Positions 48,876 to 57,987 of a stretch of DNA of 64,000 nt are shown one piece after another; position 1 is the stretch's first letter, and each line of letters begins with the position of its first letter. A model generated the notes under the pieces. That model ran no database searches and was not told the DNA's origin. It saw only the letters and a list, made by a program, of their open reading frames with translations. The stretch is from Armatimonadota bacterium (GTDB lineage: Bacteria > Armatimonadota > UBA5829 > DTLH01): the NCBI GenBank assembly GCA_038207085.1, contig JBBRAE010000002.1, positions 96,001 through 160,000 of the forward strand, in the 5' to 3' direction. The translations under genes and the position numbers were made by a program.

Positions 48876-49196
48876 TTAGTCCACGTCGCCGAGGTCGTCG
48901 AGATCGTCGGGAGCGTAGCTGAACGAGTTGATCTCCTCGCCGCGGAATATGGTTACAAGCAAATCCTCCCGCTCGAAGCTTGGGAGGTAGCTTGAGACGA
49001 TATCGTCGTCGATCTGCTGGAGCAGATCCTCTTCCTCTTCGACCGCAAGGTCCACCTCAAGCAGTATAGTGCAGTGGATGGTATCGTGGGCGTAGTGCAG
49101 ATGAGTCTGCCCGAGCCTGCGTTCACCCTCCCACAAGATATAAACTTCGCTTGCCACGGTCCGCACGAGTCTGGAAAGCCTGTATTTACTGGTCAA
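48876..49196 (-). CDS. Conserved-looking acidic hypothetical protein
   Basis: GAAGGAG RBS plus TTG start; co-oriented between the SNF2 gene and nfo. Confidence 0.7.
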   Translation of the reverse strand: MTSKYRLSRLVRTVASEVYILWEGERRLGQTHLHYAHDTIHCTILLEVDLAVEEEEDLLQQIDDDIVSSYLPSFEREDLLVTIFRGEEINSFSYAPDDLDDLGDVD

Positions 49197-49294
49197 AGTG
49201 TATCTCCTTCCCGATCGGTGGCCGCAGTTTGCAGCCCGAAAAGTCTCCGTAGTATGGCACATTTGCGCGCGTGTCGTCAAGCTGATGCGACGTA

Positions 49295-52200
49295 TTAGCT
49301 GAACAACATATTCACGTCTTCTGCCGTGAGTGATTTTAGCATCCCGGACTCGACGCTTATCAGCTGGTCTACCAGATCTTTCTTGCGCTCCTGGAGTTCA
49401 AGCATTTTCTCCTCGACGGTGCCGCGCACAATTAATTTCTGGACATAGACCGGCTTGTCCTGGCCTATTCGGTGGGTTCTGTCGCTTGCCTGGCGTTCGA
49501 CCGCCGGGTTCCACCACGGGTCGATGTGTATCACGTAGTCCGCCGCCGTCAGGTTCAGGCCGACGCCTCCGGCCTTCAGACTTATCAGGAAAAACGGCAC
49601 GGCGGGGTCGCTTTGGAACAGGTCGACCTTGGCGTCGCGGTCTCTCGTGTGCCCGTCGAGATAGGTGTAGGGAAGCCCCAGCTCATCGAGCTTGGTTCTT
49701 ACAATACGGAGCATCTGGGTGAACTGCGAGAAAACGAGCGCCTTGTGTCCTTCGGAGTGAAGCGTCTCAAGGATCTCAACCAGGGCCTCCATTTTGGCCG
49801 ATTCGCCGTCGTAGGCTTTGTCGACAAGCTTGGGATGGTTGGCGATCTGCCGGAGCCGGAGCAGCCCCTCAAGCACCTTCATCTTGGTCCGGCCTACTCC
49901 CTTGTCCTCTATCATACCTAAAAGCAGAGCTCGATACTGGTCTCTCCACTGCTCGTAGGCCTTTTTCTGAGTGACGTCCATCTCGCAGTAGACGACCTTT
50001 TCTGTTCTAGGCGGCAGCTCGCGGGCGACCTGCTCCTTTGTGCGGCGCAGTATGAAGGGATAAACAAGCGCCCGAAGCTGCTGGGCGGCGTCATCGTCGT
50101 GCTTGCGCTCGATCGGCGAAGCGAACTCCTTCTTGAACCGTTCGAGCGAGCCGAACATCCCCGGGTTCAGGAACGCAAACTGGCTCCAGAGCTCAACTGT
50201 CGAGTTTTCGACCGGAGTGCCCGTCAGCACGAGCCTGTGGTCGCAGTTCAGCCCCCGGGCGCTTCGCGCCGTCTGTGCGAGCGGGTTTTTCACCGACTGC
50301 GACTCGTCAAGCACGATGTAATGGAACCGATAGTGCTGCAAAGCGGCGAGGTCCCGGCGCATGATCCCGTAAGTCGTAAGCACGAGGTCGTAACCGTCGA
50401 ACTCGGAAACGTCTTTTGGGCGGTCGAGATCGGCGTAGACCAGAGTCTTCATGCCCGGCGTGAACTTTTCGGCCTCCCTCCCCCAGTTCGTGAGAAGCGA
50501 TCGCGGCATGACGATCAGGTTCGCCGACTTGGCATGCCCCGACTCCCGAAGCGACAGCAGGAAAACAAGCGTCTGGATCGTCTTGCCGATCCCCATATCG
50601 TCGGCGAGACAGCCGCCAAACTCATACTCGTGGAGGAAGTGTAGCCAGTCGTACCCCGCCTTCTGATAAGCTCGCATCTCGCCCCGGAAGCCTGTGGGGA
50701 GATCGACGGGCTCAATCTTGGAGAAATCACTGAGTTTGGCAAGCCTCCGATTGAGCGCCTCGTCGAGCTGCGCCGAGTCGACATCGTCTATGATCTGACC
50801 CAGAAGCGTGATCTGTGAGGCGTCGAGGCGCAAGCCATCCTCGGTCACGCTTGCGAGGTCGAAGAGGTGCTTGTAGCGCTCCAGCCACTCATCGGGGATC
50901 TCCCCAATCGAGCCATCAGTAAGCTTTACGTATTTTTCGCGCTTTTTGACGGCCTTTCGTATCTCTGAGATCGCCACTTCGATCTCCCCGAAGTTGACAA
51001 CCGTCTGCAGGTCGAACCAGTCGATTCCCGATGAGACCGATATCGAAATCTTGGGCTTGCTGCGGTTAACTCTGACCGATTTTAGAGTTTCCTCGCCGTA
51101 GACCTCGAAGCCGTCGCGGGTGAGCTTTGGCACGTGGTGAATCAGAAAGTCGACCGGGGCAGTGTTCTGCCGGAGCACAAACGCCGAGCCCATCTGCGAC
51201 CTTTTCAGGCCATATGAAGAGAGCGATTTCCATGTGCCATGTTCGGTCTCTCTCTCTCGCACTACCCGCACCAGGACCCCGCGCTCGGAGTCGCGCTTGA
51301 CGGAGGTTTGGGGCAGACTCCCGCTGTAGGTGACCTCGTAGCCTTCGTAGCTGAAGCGAAGCTCAACCAAGAGCGCTCCCTGGGACTCCTTGATGTAGAC
51401 CCGCGGCACCGGCGCGGAACTCACTTCCACCCAATGGCCTATGCCCTGGCCGTCGACTGTCATCTGCTCGGCGAGCCTTGGGATGACATCCTCAAAGCAG
51501 TAATCGACATCTTTTTCGGGAACGACGATCTTGGGCGTGCGCATCAGCCACGCAAGCGTGTCGTTCGTCGCCGCGAGGGGGAGCAGGGTGTCCTCGACGA
51601 TCACCCAGACCGGCTGCTCTGAGGCGACGGTGACATTTTCTTTGGTGATGGGCAGCTTCTTGTCGCCGAGGTCGATCATCGGGCGAAGGATGAGCCCTCC
51701 GCCGTCCGTCTCGACGTTCATTTCAAGCTTTGCAGGCTCCGTCCGCACAAACACCCTTCGCTCAAACGGCTGCTGATAGCTTCCCTGGTAGACAAGTCCT
51801 TCGCCGATCAGTGGGTAGATCACCGCAGAGGAGGGGTCGGGCTCATAGTAGCTGCGGGTGCTTGCGACAAGTAGGTTTCCGGCTGCGATCTGGCCGGGCT
51901 TGACGTTGTGAAAAGATTTGATATTCAGGCGATTGTAAAGCCGCTTTGCGTCGCGGGACATGTCATGGGACTCGATCACCTGGGCGGCCAGATCCAGGTC
52001 ATCGTGCGCCTCGGGCGGAAACTTGGCAAGCGGAATGGCGTACGCGACCGCGCTGCAGCTGATGCCGTAGTTTTGCAGGCTGAAGACGAGCATGTTCTTG
52101 CCCGTTGTCTTGGCGGCCGGCACGGGCGATTCGAGCACATGCTCGATTACATTTTTCCATTCCGAGTCCTTGTTCTCTTTGAAGTGCTTTTGCATCTCAA

Positions 52201-52507
52201 GGAGGGCTGCTACTTTGTGCTTGCAGATGGTGTTTGAGAGCCCCTCTGCAAATGGGCAGTCGCACTCGGCGTGGATATATTTTGTAGGGTTATCGGGGTC
52301 GAGCCAGACACCGACCACATAAGGGTCTTTTGCAGAACCCTGCACGTGTACTGTCACGTCCGTATCATCCGCGGAGATGACCTTTGCTCGACCCCTCCTG
52401 AAATAATCGAATCCATTGCTTACAGATTTGGGCGTCCCTCCGGCGATGATCGCCTCGGGGGCAACTCGCCTAAGCGAGGGTATGTTTTCGTTAACTTGTT
52501 TGGCCAA
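49295..52507 (-). CDS. SWIM zinc finger-SNF2 family helicase
   Basis: CDC...CKH SWIM; LADDMGIGKT, LDESQ, LTGTPVEN, SLKAGGVGLNL, QASDRTHRIGQ. Confidence 0.95.
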   Translation of the reverse strand: MAKQVNENIPSLRRVAPEAIIAGGTPKSVSNGFDYFRRGRAKVISADDTDVTVHVQGSAKDPYVVGVWLDPDNPTKYIHAECDCPFAEGLSNTICKHKVAALLEMQKHFKENKDSEWKNVIEHVLESPVPAAKTTGKNMLVFSLQNYGISCSAVAYAIPLAKFPPEAHDDLDLAAQVIESHDMSRDAKRLYNRLNIKSFHNVKPGQIAAGNLLVASTRSYYEPDPSSAVIYPLIGEGLVYQGSYQQPFERRVFVRTEPAKLEMNVETDGGGLILRPMIDLGDKKLPITKENVTVASEQPVWVIVEDTLLPLAATNDTLAWLMRTPKIVVPEKDVDYCFEDVIPRLAEQMTVDGQGIGHWVEVSSAPVPRVYIKESQGALLVELRFSYEGYEVTYSGSLPQTSVKRDSERGVLVRVVRERETEHGTWKSLSSYGLKRSQMGSAFVLRQNTAPVDFLIHHVPKLTRDGFEVYGEETLKSVRVNRSKPKISISVSSGIDWFDLQTVVNFGEIEVAISEIRKAVKKREKYVKLTDGSIGEIPDEWLERYKHLFDLASVTEDGLRLDASQITLLGQIIDDVDSAQLDEALNRRLAKLSDFSKIEPVDLPTGFRGEMRAYQKAGYDWLHFLHEYEFGGCLADDMGIGKTIQTLVFLLSLRESGHAKSANLIVMPRSLLTNWGREAEKFTPGMKTLVYADLDRPKDVSEFDGYDLVLTTYGIMRRDLAALQHYRFHYIVLDESQSVKNPLAQTARSARGLNCDHRLVLTGTPVENSTVELWSQFAFLNPGMFGSLERFKKEFASPIERKHDDDAAQQLRALVYPFILRRTKEQVARELPPRTEKVVYCEMDVTQKKAYEQWRDQYRALLLGMIEDKGVGRTKMKVLEGLLRLRQIANHPKLVDKAYDGESAKMEALVEILETLHSEGHKALVFSQFTQMLRIVRTKLDELGLPYTYLDGHTRDRDAKVDLFQSDPAVPFFLISLKAGGVGLNLTAADYVIHIDPWWNPAVERQASDRTHRIGQDKPVYVQKLIVRGTVEEKMLELQERKKDLVDQLISVESGMLKSLTAEDVNMLFS

Positions 52508-52598
52508 AGCCTGCGTGTCCGTCCTTTGTCAATTGCTCCAACAGGAAATGATACCACACCAAGAGCATTGAATCCAGCACAACAATGGTCCAAATCCG

Positions 52599-53783
52599 TC
52601 AATCGCCTGAAAGTCTGTGATCAAAACCGTCGTCGGGACGGTTGATATGGCAGACCTCGCATTTGTTGATAACTCCCGAATGCCCCTGAAGGGCGATAGC
52701 CTGGGTGTTGTCGGCAGAGACGACCGTCGGGGTGATCGCATGCGGGCTGCCGTGGCAGGCTGGGCAGTGGACCCCGTGGTGTCCCTTGGAGTTTCTAAAT
52801 AGCGTTCCGGGCTGCTCGAACTCGAAACCGGATCTGGTGTGGCAGCCGGCGTTGCCGCAACGCGGTTCATCGACCCACGGGCGTCGGCCCGAGCTTGCGA
52901 CGGCGGTCATCGTTCCGTGGCAGCTGGTGCAGGTGAGTCCGTGGCTGAAGTGGACGTCGCGCAGGCACTTGGTGCGCACTCCGGGGTGGCAGGCGTAGCA
53001 CGGGACCGAAAGCCCCGCCCGGCTCATTCTGCTGGAGTGTGAGTCATGCATCGCGCGCGAAAGGCTGGGCAGGCTCGGGTTTCCAGCGAGCCCGAGCGGC
53101 TCCTGTGCGTGGCATTGGCCGCACTTCACAGGCTTACTCGTTTCAAGATGCGTGCCGTGCTCCTCGTCGTGCTTTCGGAGGATGTCTGTCGCAACCGATA
53201 TGCCCGGCGTCGTGTGGCAGATGTCGCAGCTGATCTCCCAAGACACAGGGACAACGGCCTGGGTCGAGGCGACCACCTGCCCGCCGCTTGTGACGGTGAT
53301 CGTCGCCAAGGGATACGGGTCTTCCGCGCCTGAGTCCAGAGTCGGGGTGATCGGAATTCCCGTGACCGACCAGTCGTTCGTGCCGGTCGGGGTCATGTTC
53401 CCGGAAAGCCCGTGGCCAGTAAGGCCGATGTTGTCTGCGAGTGAGACCCCAAAGAGCTGCGGGGCATAGGTCCAAAAGTTGGTCTTATCGGCAGAGTGGG
53501 TGTTGGACGGGATAGAATAGTCCACCGTGACCCCACCTGTGACGATTCTCGGCTCTCTGCCGCGCTGTATCACCTGCGCGTGGAGGTTGTTGTAGGGAGG
53601 GAGTATCATAAACTCCGAAAAATCCTGGTTTATGCAGTGCATGCCGAGGTCGTTGTAGCCGAGCACGACCATACTGGTCGAGACGACTCCGCCGCTTCCT
53701 CCGTTGTTTCCCCCACCGCCTCCGCCGCAGCCTGCCGCAAACAGACACGCGGCGACGGCTCCCGCTAGTCTCAGATATCGCAT
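52599..53783 (-). CDS. Multiheme c-type cytochrome lipoprotein
   Basis: Lipobox AAGC plus poly-Gly; six CxxCH motifs and one CX4CH; NDLGMHC. Confidence 0.9.
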   Translation of the reverse strand: MRYLRLAGAVAACLFAAGCGGGGGGNNGGSGGVVSTSMVVLGYNDLGMHCINQDFSEFMILPPYNNLHAQVIQRGREPRIVTGGVTVDYSIPSNTHSADKTNFWTYAPQLFGVSLADNIGLTGHGLSGNMTPTGTNDWSVTGIPITPTLDSGAEDPYPLATITVTSGGQVVASTQAVVPVSWEISCDICHTTPGISVATDILRKHDEEHGTHLETSKPVKCGQCHAQEPLGLAGNPSLPSLSRAMHDSHSSRMSRAGLSVPCYACHPGVRTKCLRDVHFSHGLTCTSCHGTMTAVASSGRRPWVDEPRCGNAGCHTRSGFEFEQPGTLFRNSKGHHGVHCPACHGSPHAITPTVVSADNTQAIALQGHSGVINKCEVCHINRPDDGFDHRLSGD

Positions 53784-53810
53784 TCTTTTTCCGCCTTTCG
53801 ATACTTATTG

Positions 53811-54254
53811 TTACTGTTCGAACTTCAAGTGTTTTGTGGGATAGTGTTTTTCGTCGGTGTAGAGCAGTTCGACCGGCTGGATGACGATTATCACATAGTT
53901 GGGGTCGTCTTTGCCCTGGAAGTATTTGCCAAGCATGTCCGACCATAGCTCGTTTTTCAGCTTTTGGTCGTCGCTGACGTTAGCGATACCCTTCAGCATT
54001 ACATGCTGCCAGTCGGTCATATCGCCGGGGTTCATCGCGGTCCAGGAAACGGCTACCTGGTGGTCGGCCTCGATCTCCTGGATCTTGGGGAGGACTTTGC
54101 TCGTTGCAAAGTAGACATTGAAGTCGTCGTCGACCCTCATGGTATACATCGGCCTGACGTGTGGGTAGCCTTCGGCGTCGACGGTCGCCAGGTCGGCCAC
54201 CGGATACTTGGATATGACCTCGCGGGACATTGCGAGCAGGTTGTTTTCTTCCAT
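53811..54254 (-). CDS. Pyridoxamine 5'-phosphate oxidase-like protein (general stress protein 26/YdaG-like)
   Basis: LATVD..GYPHVRPM, LW...YFQGKDDPNY. Confidence 0.88.
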   Translation of the reverse strand: MEENNLLAMSREVISKYPVADLATVDAEGYPHVRPMYTMRVDDDFNVYFATSKVLPKIQEIEADHQVAVSWTAMNPGDMTDWQHVMLKGIANVSDDQKLKNELWSDMLGKYFQGKDDPNYVIIVIQPVELLYTDEKHYPTKHLKFEQ

Positions 54255-54287
54255 TGTGCCCTCCTTGAGCCAGTTTGTCCGGATAGT

Positions 54288-54313
54288 ATACCCAAGGATA
54301 GCGCCCGGTAGAC
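54288..54313 (-). promoter_or_regulatory. sigmaB/sigmaF-type promoter (one mismatch)
   Basis: GTCT-N16-GGGTAT. Confidence 0.55.
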
Positions 54314-54371
54314 GTGCGTAGGTGTCAGGGATGTGAATTGTCGGTGGTATTTTATTGGCAGCGGGTGAAGA

Positions 54372-54602
54372 CTATTCCCCGGCTTCTGCGATGATCTTGA
54401 GCGCCCGCTCGGCGTCCTCTTCGCGGACCAAGAGGCGCACCCCGCCTTCGAGCACACTTACGTCTATTCCCACATTGGTCCAGGTATGCGCGCCGAGGAT
54501 CTGGGCTTCGATCCCCACCGACTCCAGGCGAATCCTCGCCATTTCAGCTTCCATCGGAAATCTATATGAAGCGACGACGACCAGTTTGGTATCCATTTCC
54601 AT
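54372..54602 (-). CDS. DUF2007-like small protein
   Basis: EAEMARIRLESVGI...GGVRLLVREEDAERA. Confidence 0.85.
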   Translation of the reverse strand: MEMDTKLVVVASYRFPMEAEMARIRLESVGIEAQILGAHTWTNVGIDVSVLEGGVRLLVREEDAERALKIIAEAGE

Positions 54603-54607
54603 GCCTC

Positions 54608-54660
54608 CGGGCGGACGGACTCCGCGGAACGTGGTCGGGGGACGGATTCCCCCGACCAAC
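54608..54660. repeat. 53-bp double-hairpin repeat, copy B
   Basis: Aligns to 42757-42809. Confidence 0.85.
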
Positions 54661-54676
54661 GGATAATAGCTAAAAG

Positions 54677-57337
54677 CTAACTGCTAAGAGCTTTCTTTCT
54701 CTCCTCAAGCTTTGCCTTCTTGTCCTCAAGCTCGGCGGCGATTCGCCGCTCTTTGTCGATGACCTCGGCGGGCGCTTTGGAGGTGAACTGCTCATTGGAG
54801 AGCTTACCCAAACACCTCGCCAAGTCCTTCTCGATTGTTTTTAGCTCCGACTCGATCCTGGCGACTTCTTTTTCGATATCTACCAAGCCCGCGACCGGCA
54901 GATACACGTCAAACCCCGGCCCGTGGCTTGCCAGATACTGGCTCTTCTCGGTGTCGGGGATGTTCTCTTTTGTCACCTCAAGATTCTCGACCCGGGCAAG
55001 CGACCGAAGTCCCACCGCGTTTGCCTGGAACAGCTCGACCATCTCCGTGACGATCACGGCGTCGACCTTTTTGCCAGGAGTCGCGCCGACCTCAGAGCGA
55101 AGGTTTCGCACCGTGCGGATCGCCTCCATTACCGAGTTCATCTCGGCCTCTGCCGCGTCGCTGATCATCGACTCGTCGGTCTCGGGGAAAGGCGCGACCA
55201 TGATGCTCTCGCCCTGGTGGGGAAGCGCCTGCCAGATCTCTTCGGTGATGAAGGGCATGATCGGGTGCAGGAGCCTCATCGAGGTCTCAAGCACGTTCCA
55301 TAGCACCCACTGAACCGTTGCCCGCTCTGATTCATCCCTGAGCCGCGGCTTGGCAAGCTCCACATACCAGTCCGCGAACTCGCTCCAAAGGAACTCGTAG
55401 AGCGAACGCGCCGCGTCGTCCATATCGTAGTTGCCAAAGCCGTCGTTAACGGTTTTTATGACTCTGTTGAGGCGCGAGAGAATCCACCGGTCTTCGAGCT
55501 TCAGTTCATCGAGTTCGGGCTTTCCGGCCCCCAACCCCTGACCCCCAGCCCCTTCTTCCAGGTTCATCATCACGAATCGGCTCATGTTCCAGATTTTGTT
55601 GCCGAAGTTGCGGGTGTTCTCCACGCGCGAGTCCGAGAAACGCATATCCTGGCCCATCCCCGCCTGCTGGATAAGCGCGTAGCGGAGCGCGTCTGAACCG
55701 AAACGCTCGATCAGGTCGAGCGGGTCGACTCCCGTGCCAAGGGACTTGGACATCCGGCGACCCTCTTCGTTTAGCACCGTGGCGTAGATGTAAACGTCGG
55801 GGTAGGGCACTTCGCCCATAAACTCAAGGCCCTGGAAGATCATCCTCGCGACCCAGAGATAGATGATGTCGCGCGCGGTGATCAGCACGTTTGTGGGGTA
55901 GAACGCCTCAAGCTCGGGGGTCTTTGTGGGCCACCCCAGCGTTGCAAACGGCCAAAGCGCCGAGCTGAACCAGGTGTCGAGCACGTCGGGGTCCTGCTCC
56001 ATGTTCTTCGATCCGCACTTCGTGCACGCTTCGACAGCAGACTTCGCAGCGACAAACTCCCCGCAGTCCGCGCACTTCCAGACCGGGATCCTGTGGCCCC
56101 ACCAAAGCTGTCGGGAGATGCACCAGTCCTTGATGTTCTCCATCCAATCGAGGTAGATTCGGCTGTAGCGATCAGGGACGAACTTCACGCGCCCGTCCTT
56201 CACCGCGTCGATCGCGGGCTGGGCGAGCTCCTTCATCTTTACAAACCACTGCTCGGACAATAGCGGCTCGATCGTCGTATCACATCGCGAGCAGGTGCCG
56301 ACTGAGTGGGTGTAATCATCCACTTTGACCAAGAGCCCCAGCTCTTCAAGCTCCTTTACGACGGCTTTTCGCGCCTCAAAGCGGTCCATACCGGCGAACT
56401 TGCCCGCTTCCTCGGTCATAACGCCGTCGGGTCCGATCACGACGATCTGCGCCAGGTTGTGCCTGATCCCTATCTCAAAGTCGTTGGGGTCATGCGCTGG
56501 GGTTACCTTGACCGCGCCTGAGCCGAACTCCGGGTCTACGTGTGCGTCGTCGACGATGGGGATCGGCCTCTCCATAATCGGGAGCATGATGTCTTTGCCG
56601 ACCATGCCCATATAGCGCTGGTCCTCGGGGCTTACGGCGACTGCGGTGTCGCCGAGCATCGTCTCGGGTCGAGTCGTCGCGACCTCGACAAACCCCGAGC
56701 CGTCGGCGAGCGGGTATTTGATGAACCAGAGGTGGCTGTGCTGCTCTTCGTACTCGACCTCAAGGTCAGATATCCCCGTGTGACAGCGCGGGCACCAGTT
56801 GACGACTCGCGCGCCGCGATAGATCACTCCCTTGTTGAACATCTGGACGAACGCCTCAACCACCGCGTCGGCGTAGCCCGCGTCCATCGTGAAGCGTTCG
56901 CGCTCCCAGTCAAATGAGCATCCCAGGCGCTTCAGCTGACGTATGATCGTCCCGCCGTAGTGCTCCTTCCACTCCCAGACCTTTTCCAGAAACTTCTCGC
57001 GCCCGAGGTCGAATCGAGTGAGCCCATCGGCTGCGATCTGCTGCTCGACCTTGTTCTGGGTCGCGATTCCCGCGTGGTCGGTGCCGGGGAGGATGAGCAC
57101 ATCGAACCCCTTCATACGCTTCCATCGCCCAAGCACGTCGTGGATCGTGTAGCAGAGCGCATGCCCCATATGAAGCGACCCGGTGACGTTGGGCGGCGGG
57201 ATCGTGATGCAGTACCGCGGCTTGCCAAGCTCGGCCTCGGCGTGAAAATACTTCTGCTCAAGCCAGAAACTATACCATTTTTCCTCTACCTGGAAGGGGT
57301 CATACACCTTCGGCAGTTTTTCAAGTTCTGTTGACAA
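54677..57337 (-). CDS. valS: Valine--tRNA ligase
   Basis: PPPNVTGSLHMGH, DHAGIATQ, WCISRQLWWGH, RMSKS, C-terminal coiled coil. Confidence 0.98.
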   Translation of the reverse strand: MSTELEKLPKVYDPFQVEEKWYSFWLEQKYFHAEAELGKPRYCITIPPPNVTGSLHMGHALCYTIHDVLGRWKRMKGFDVLILPGTDHAGIATQNKVEQQIAADGLTRFDLGREKFLEKVWEWKEHYGGTIIRQLKRLGCSFDWERERFTMDAGYADAVVEAFVQMFNKGVIYRGARVVNWCPRCHTGISDLEVEYEEQHSHLWFIKYPLADGSGFVEVATTRPETMLGDTAVAVSPEDQRYMGMVGKDIMLPIMERPIPIVDDAHVDPEFGSGAVKVTPAHDPNDFEIGIRHNLAQIVVIGPDGVMTEEAGKFAGMDRFEARKAVVKELEELGLLVKVDDYTHSVGTCSRCDTTIEPLLSEQWFVKMKELAQPAIDAVKDGRVKFVPDRYSRIYLDWMENIKDWCISRQLWWGHRIPVWKCADCGEFVAAKSAVEACTKCGSKNMEQDPDVLDTWFSSALWPFATLGWPTKTPELEAFYPTNVLITARDIIYLWVARMIFQGLEFMGEVPYPDVYIYATVLNEEGRRMSKSLGTGVDPLDLIERFGSDALRYALIQQAGMGQDMRFSDSRVENTRNFGNKIWNMSRFVMMNLEEGAGGQGLGAGKPELDELKLEDRWILSRLNRVIKTVNDGFGNYDMDDAARSLYEFLWSEFADWYVELAKPRLRDESERATVQWVLWNVLETSMRLLHPIMPFITEEIWQALPHQGESIMVAPFPETDESMISDAAEAEMNSVMEAIRTVRNLRSEVGATPGKKVDAVIVTEMVELFQANAVGLRSLARVENLEVTKENIPDTEKSQYLASHGPGFDVYLPVAGLVDIEKEVARIESELKTIEKDLARCLGKLSNEQFTSKAPAEVIDKERRIAAELEDKKAKLEERKKALSS

Positions 57338-57425
57338 TTATATCCTCCGTTGGAGCTGAGAGCTTTCGGCTTTCAGCGATCAGTTATGTCAAATTTAGAA
57401 TATCAACCCTCTTGTGATGCTTCGG

Positions 57426-57968
57426 CTAGTCTTGGTCTACTTCATCGCGGCCAGCACGTGCGATTCCAATCAAAGTCGCACCTGCGATAACACTCAAAAG
57501 CACAGACAGCAGCTTCCAAGGCAGCACCCACACTGTTATCGAGTTCACCGGCATGCGGGAGAATCCCCCAGCAATCGTGTAGTTGCCCCATTTCCGGTAT
57601 TCTTTTCTGCCCCACGGGATCGTGGTGGTTTCTCCCGGAGCCAGGTCGATCATATTCTCGGGTGTGAACATTTCTCCTATTTCCTCCGCGTAGGCCCTGC
57701 CAAGATAGGCCTGCCTCATTCCTGAGTAGAACCCACTCTGGAACCTGGTAATGTAGCGTCCGAAATTTCTGAGCTCAACGATAAACGCCAACTCGGCGCC
57801 GGGGTCCACGTAATTGCGGCTGCAAACCAACCGAGCGCACACGCTTCCATAACGCGACTGCTTCCACTGACCTGCCACGCTGGATTTCGGCGGACCCGCA
57901 ATCGTCAGGAACAGTCCAATAAGCAGTAACACGACTAGCAGTGCCTGCACAAGATGTTGCCTAACCAT
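57426..57968 (-). CDS. Hypothetical membrane protein (N- and C-terminal TM segments)
   Basis: ATG 57968 after AGGGGG; the longer track ORF runs through the T-box terminator and is probably over-extended. Confidence 0.7.
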   Translation of the reverse strand: MVRQHLVQALLVVLLLIGLFLTIAGPPKSSVAGQWKQSRYGSVCARLVCSRNYVDPGAELAFIVELRNFGRYITRFQSGFYSGMRQAYLGRAYAEEIGEMFTPENMIDLAPGETTTIPWGRKEYRKWGNYTIAGGFSRMPVNSITVWVLPWKLLSVLLSVIAGATLIGIARAGRDEVDQD

Positions 57969-57987
57969 AGTTGAACCCCCTATATAC

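Noticed and set aside
49295..52507. SNF2 helicase as part of an anti-phage system with the R-M cassette
   Set aside because: SWIM-SNF2 proteins are common chromosomal genes; this one has host-like composition and is separated from the cassette by nfo and another gene.
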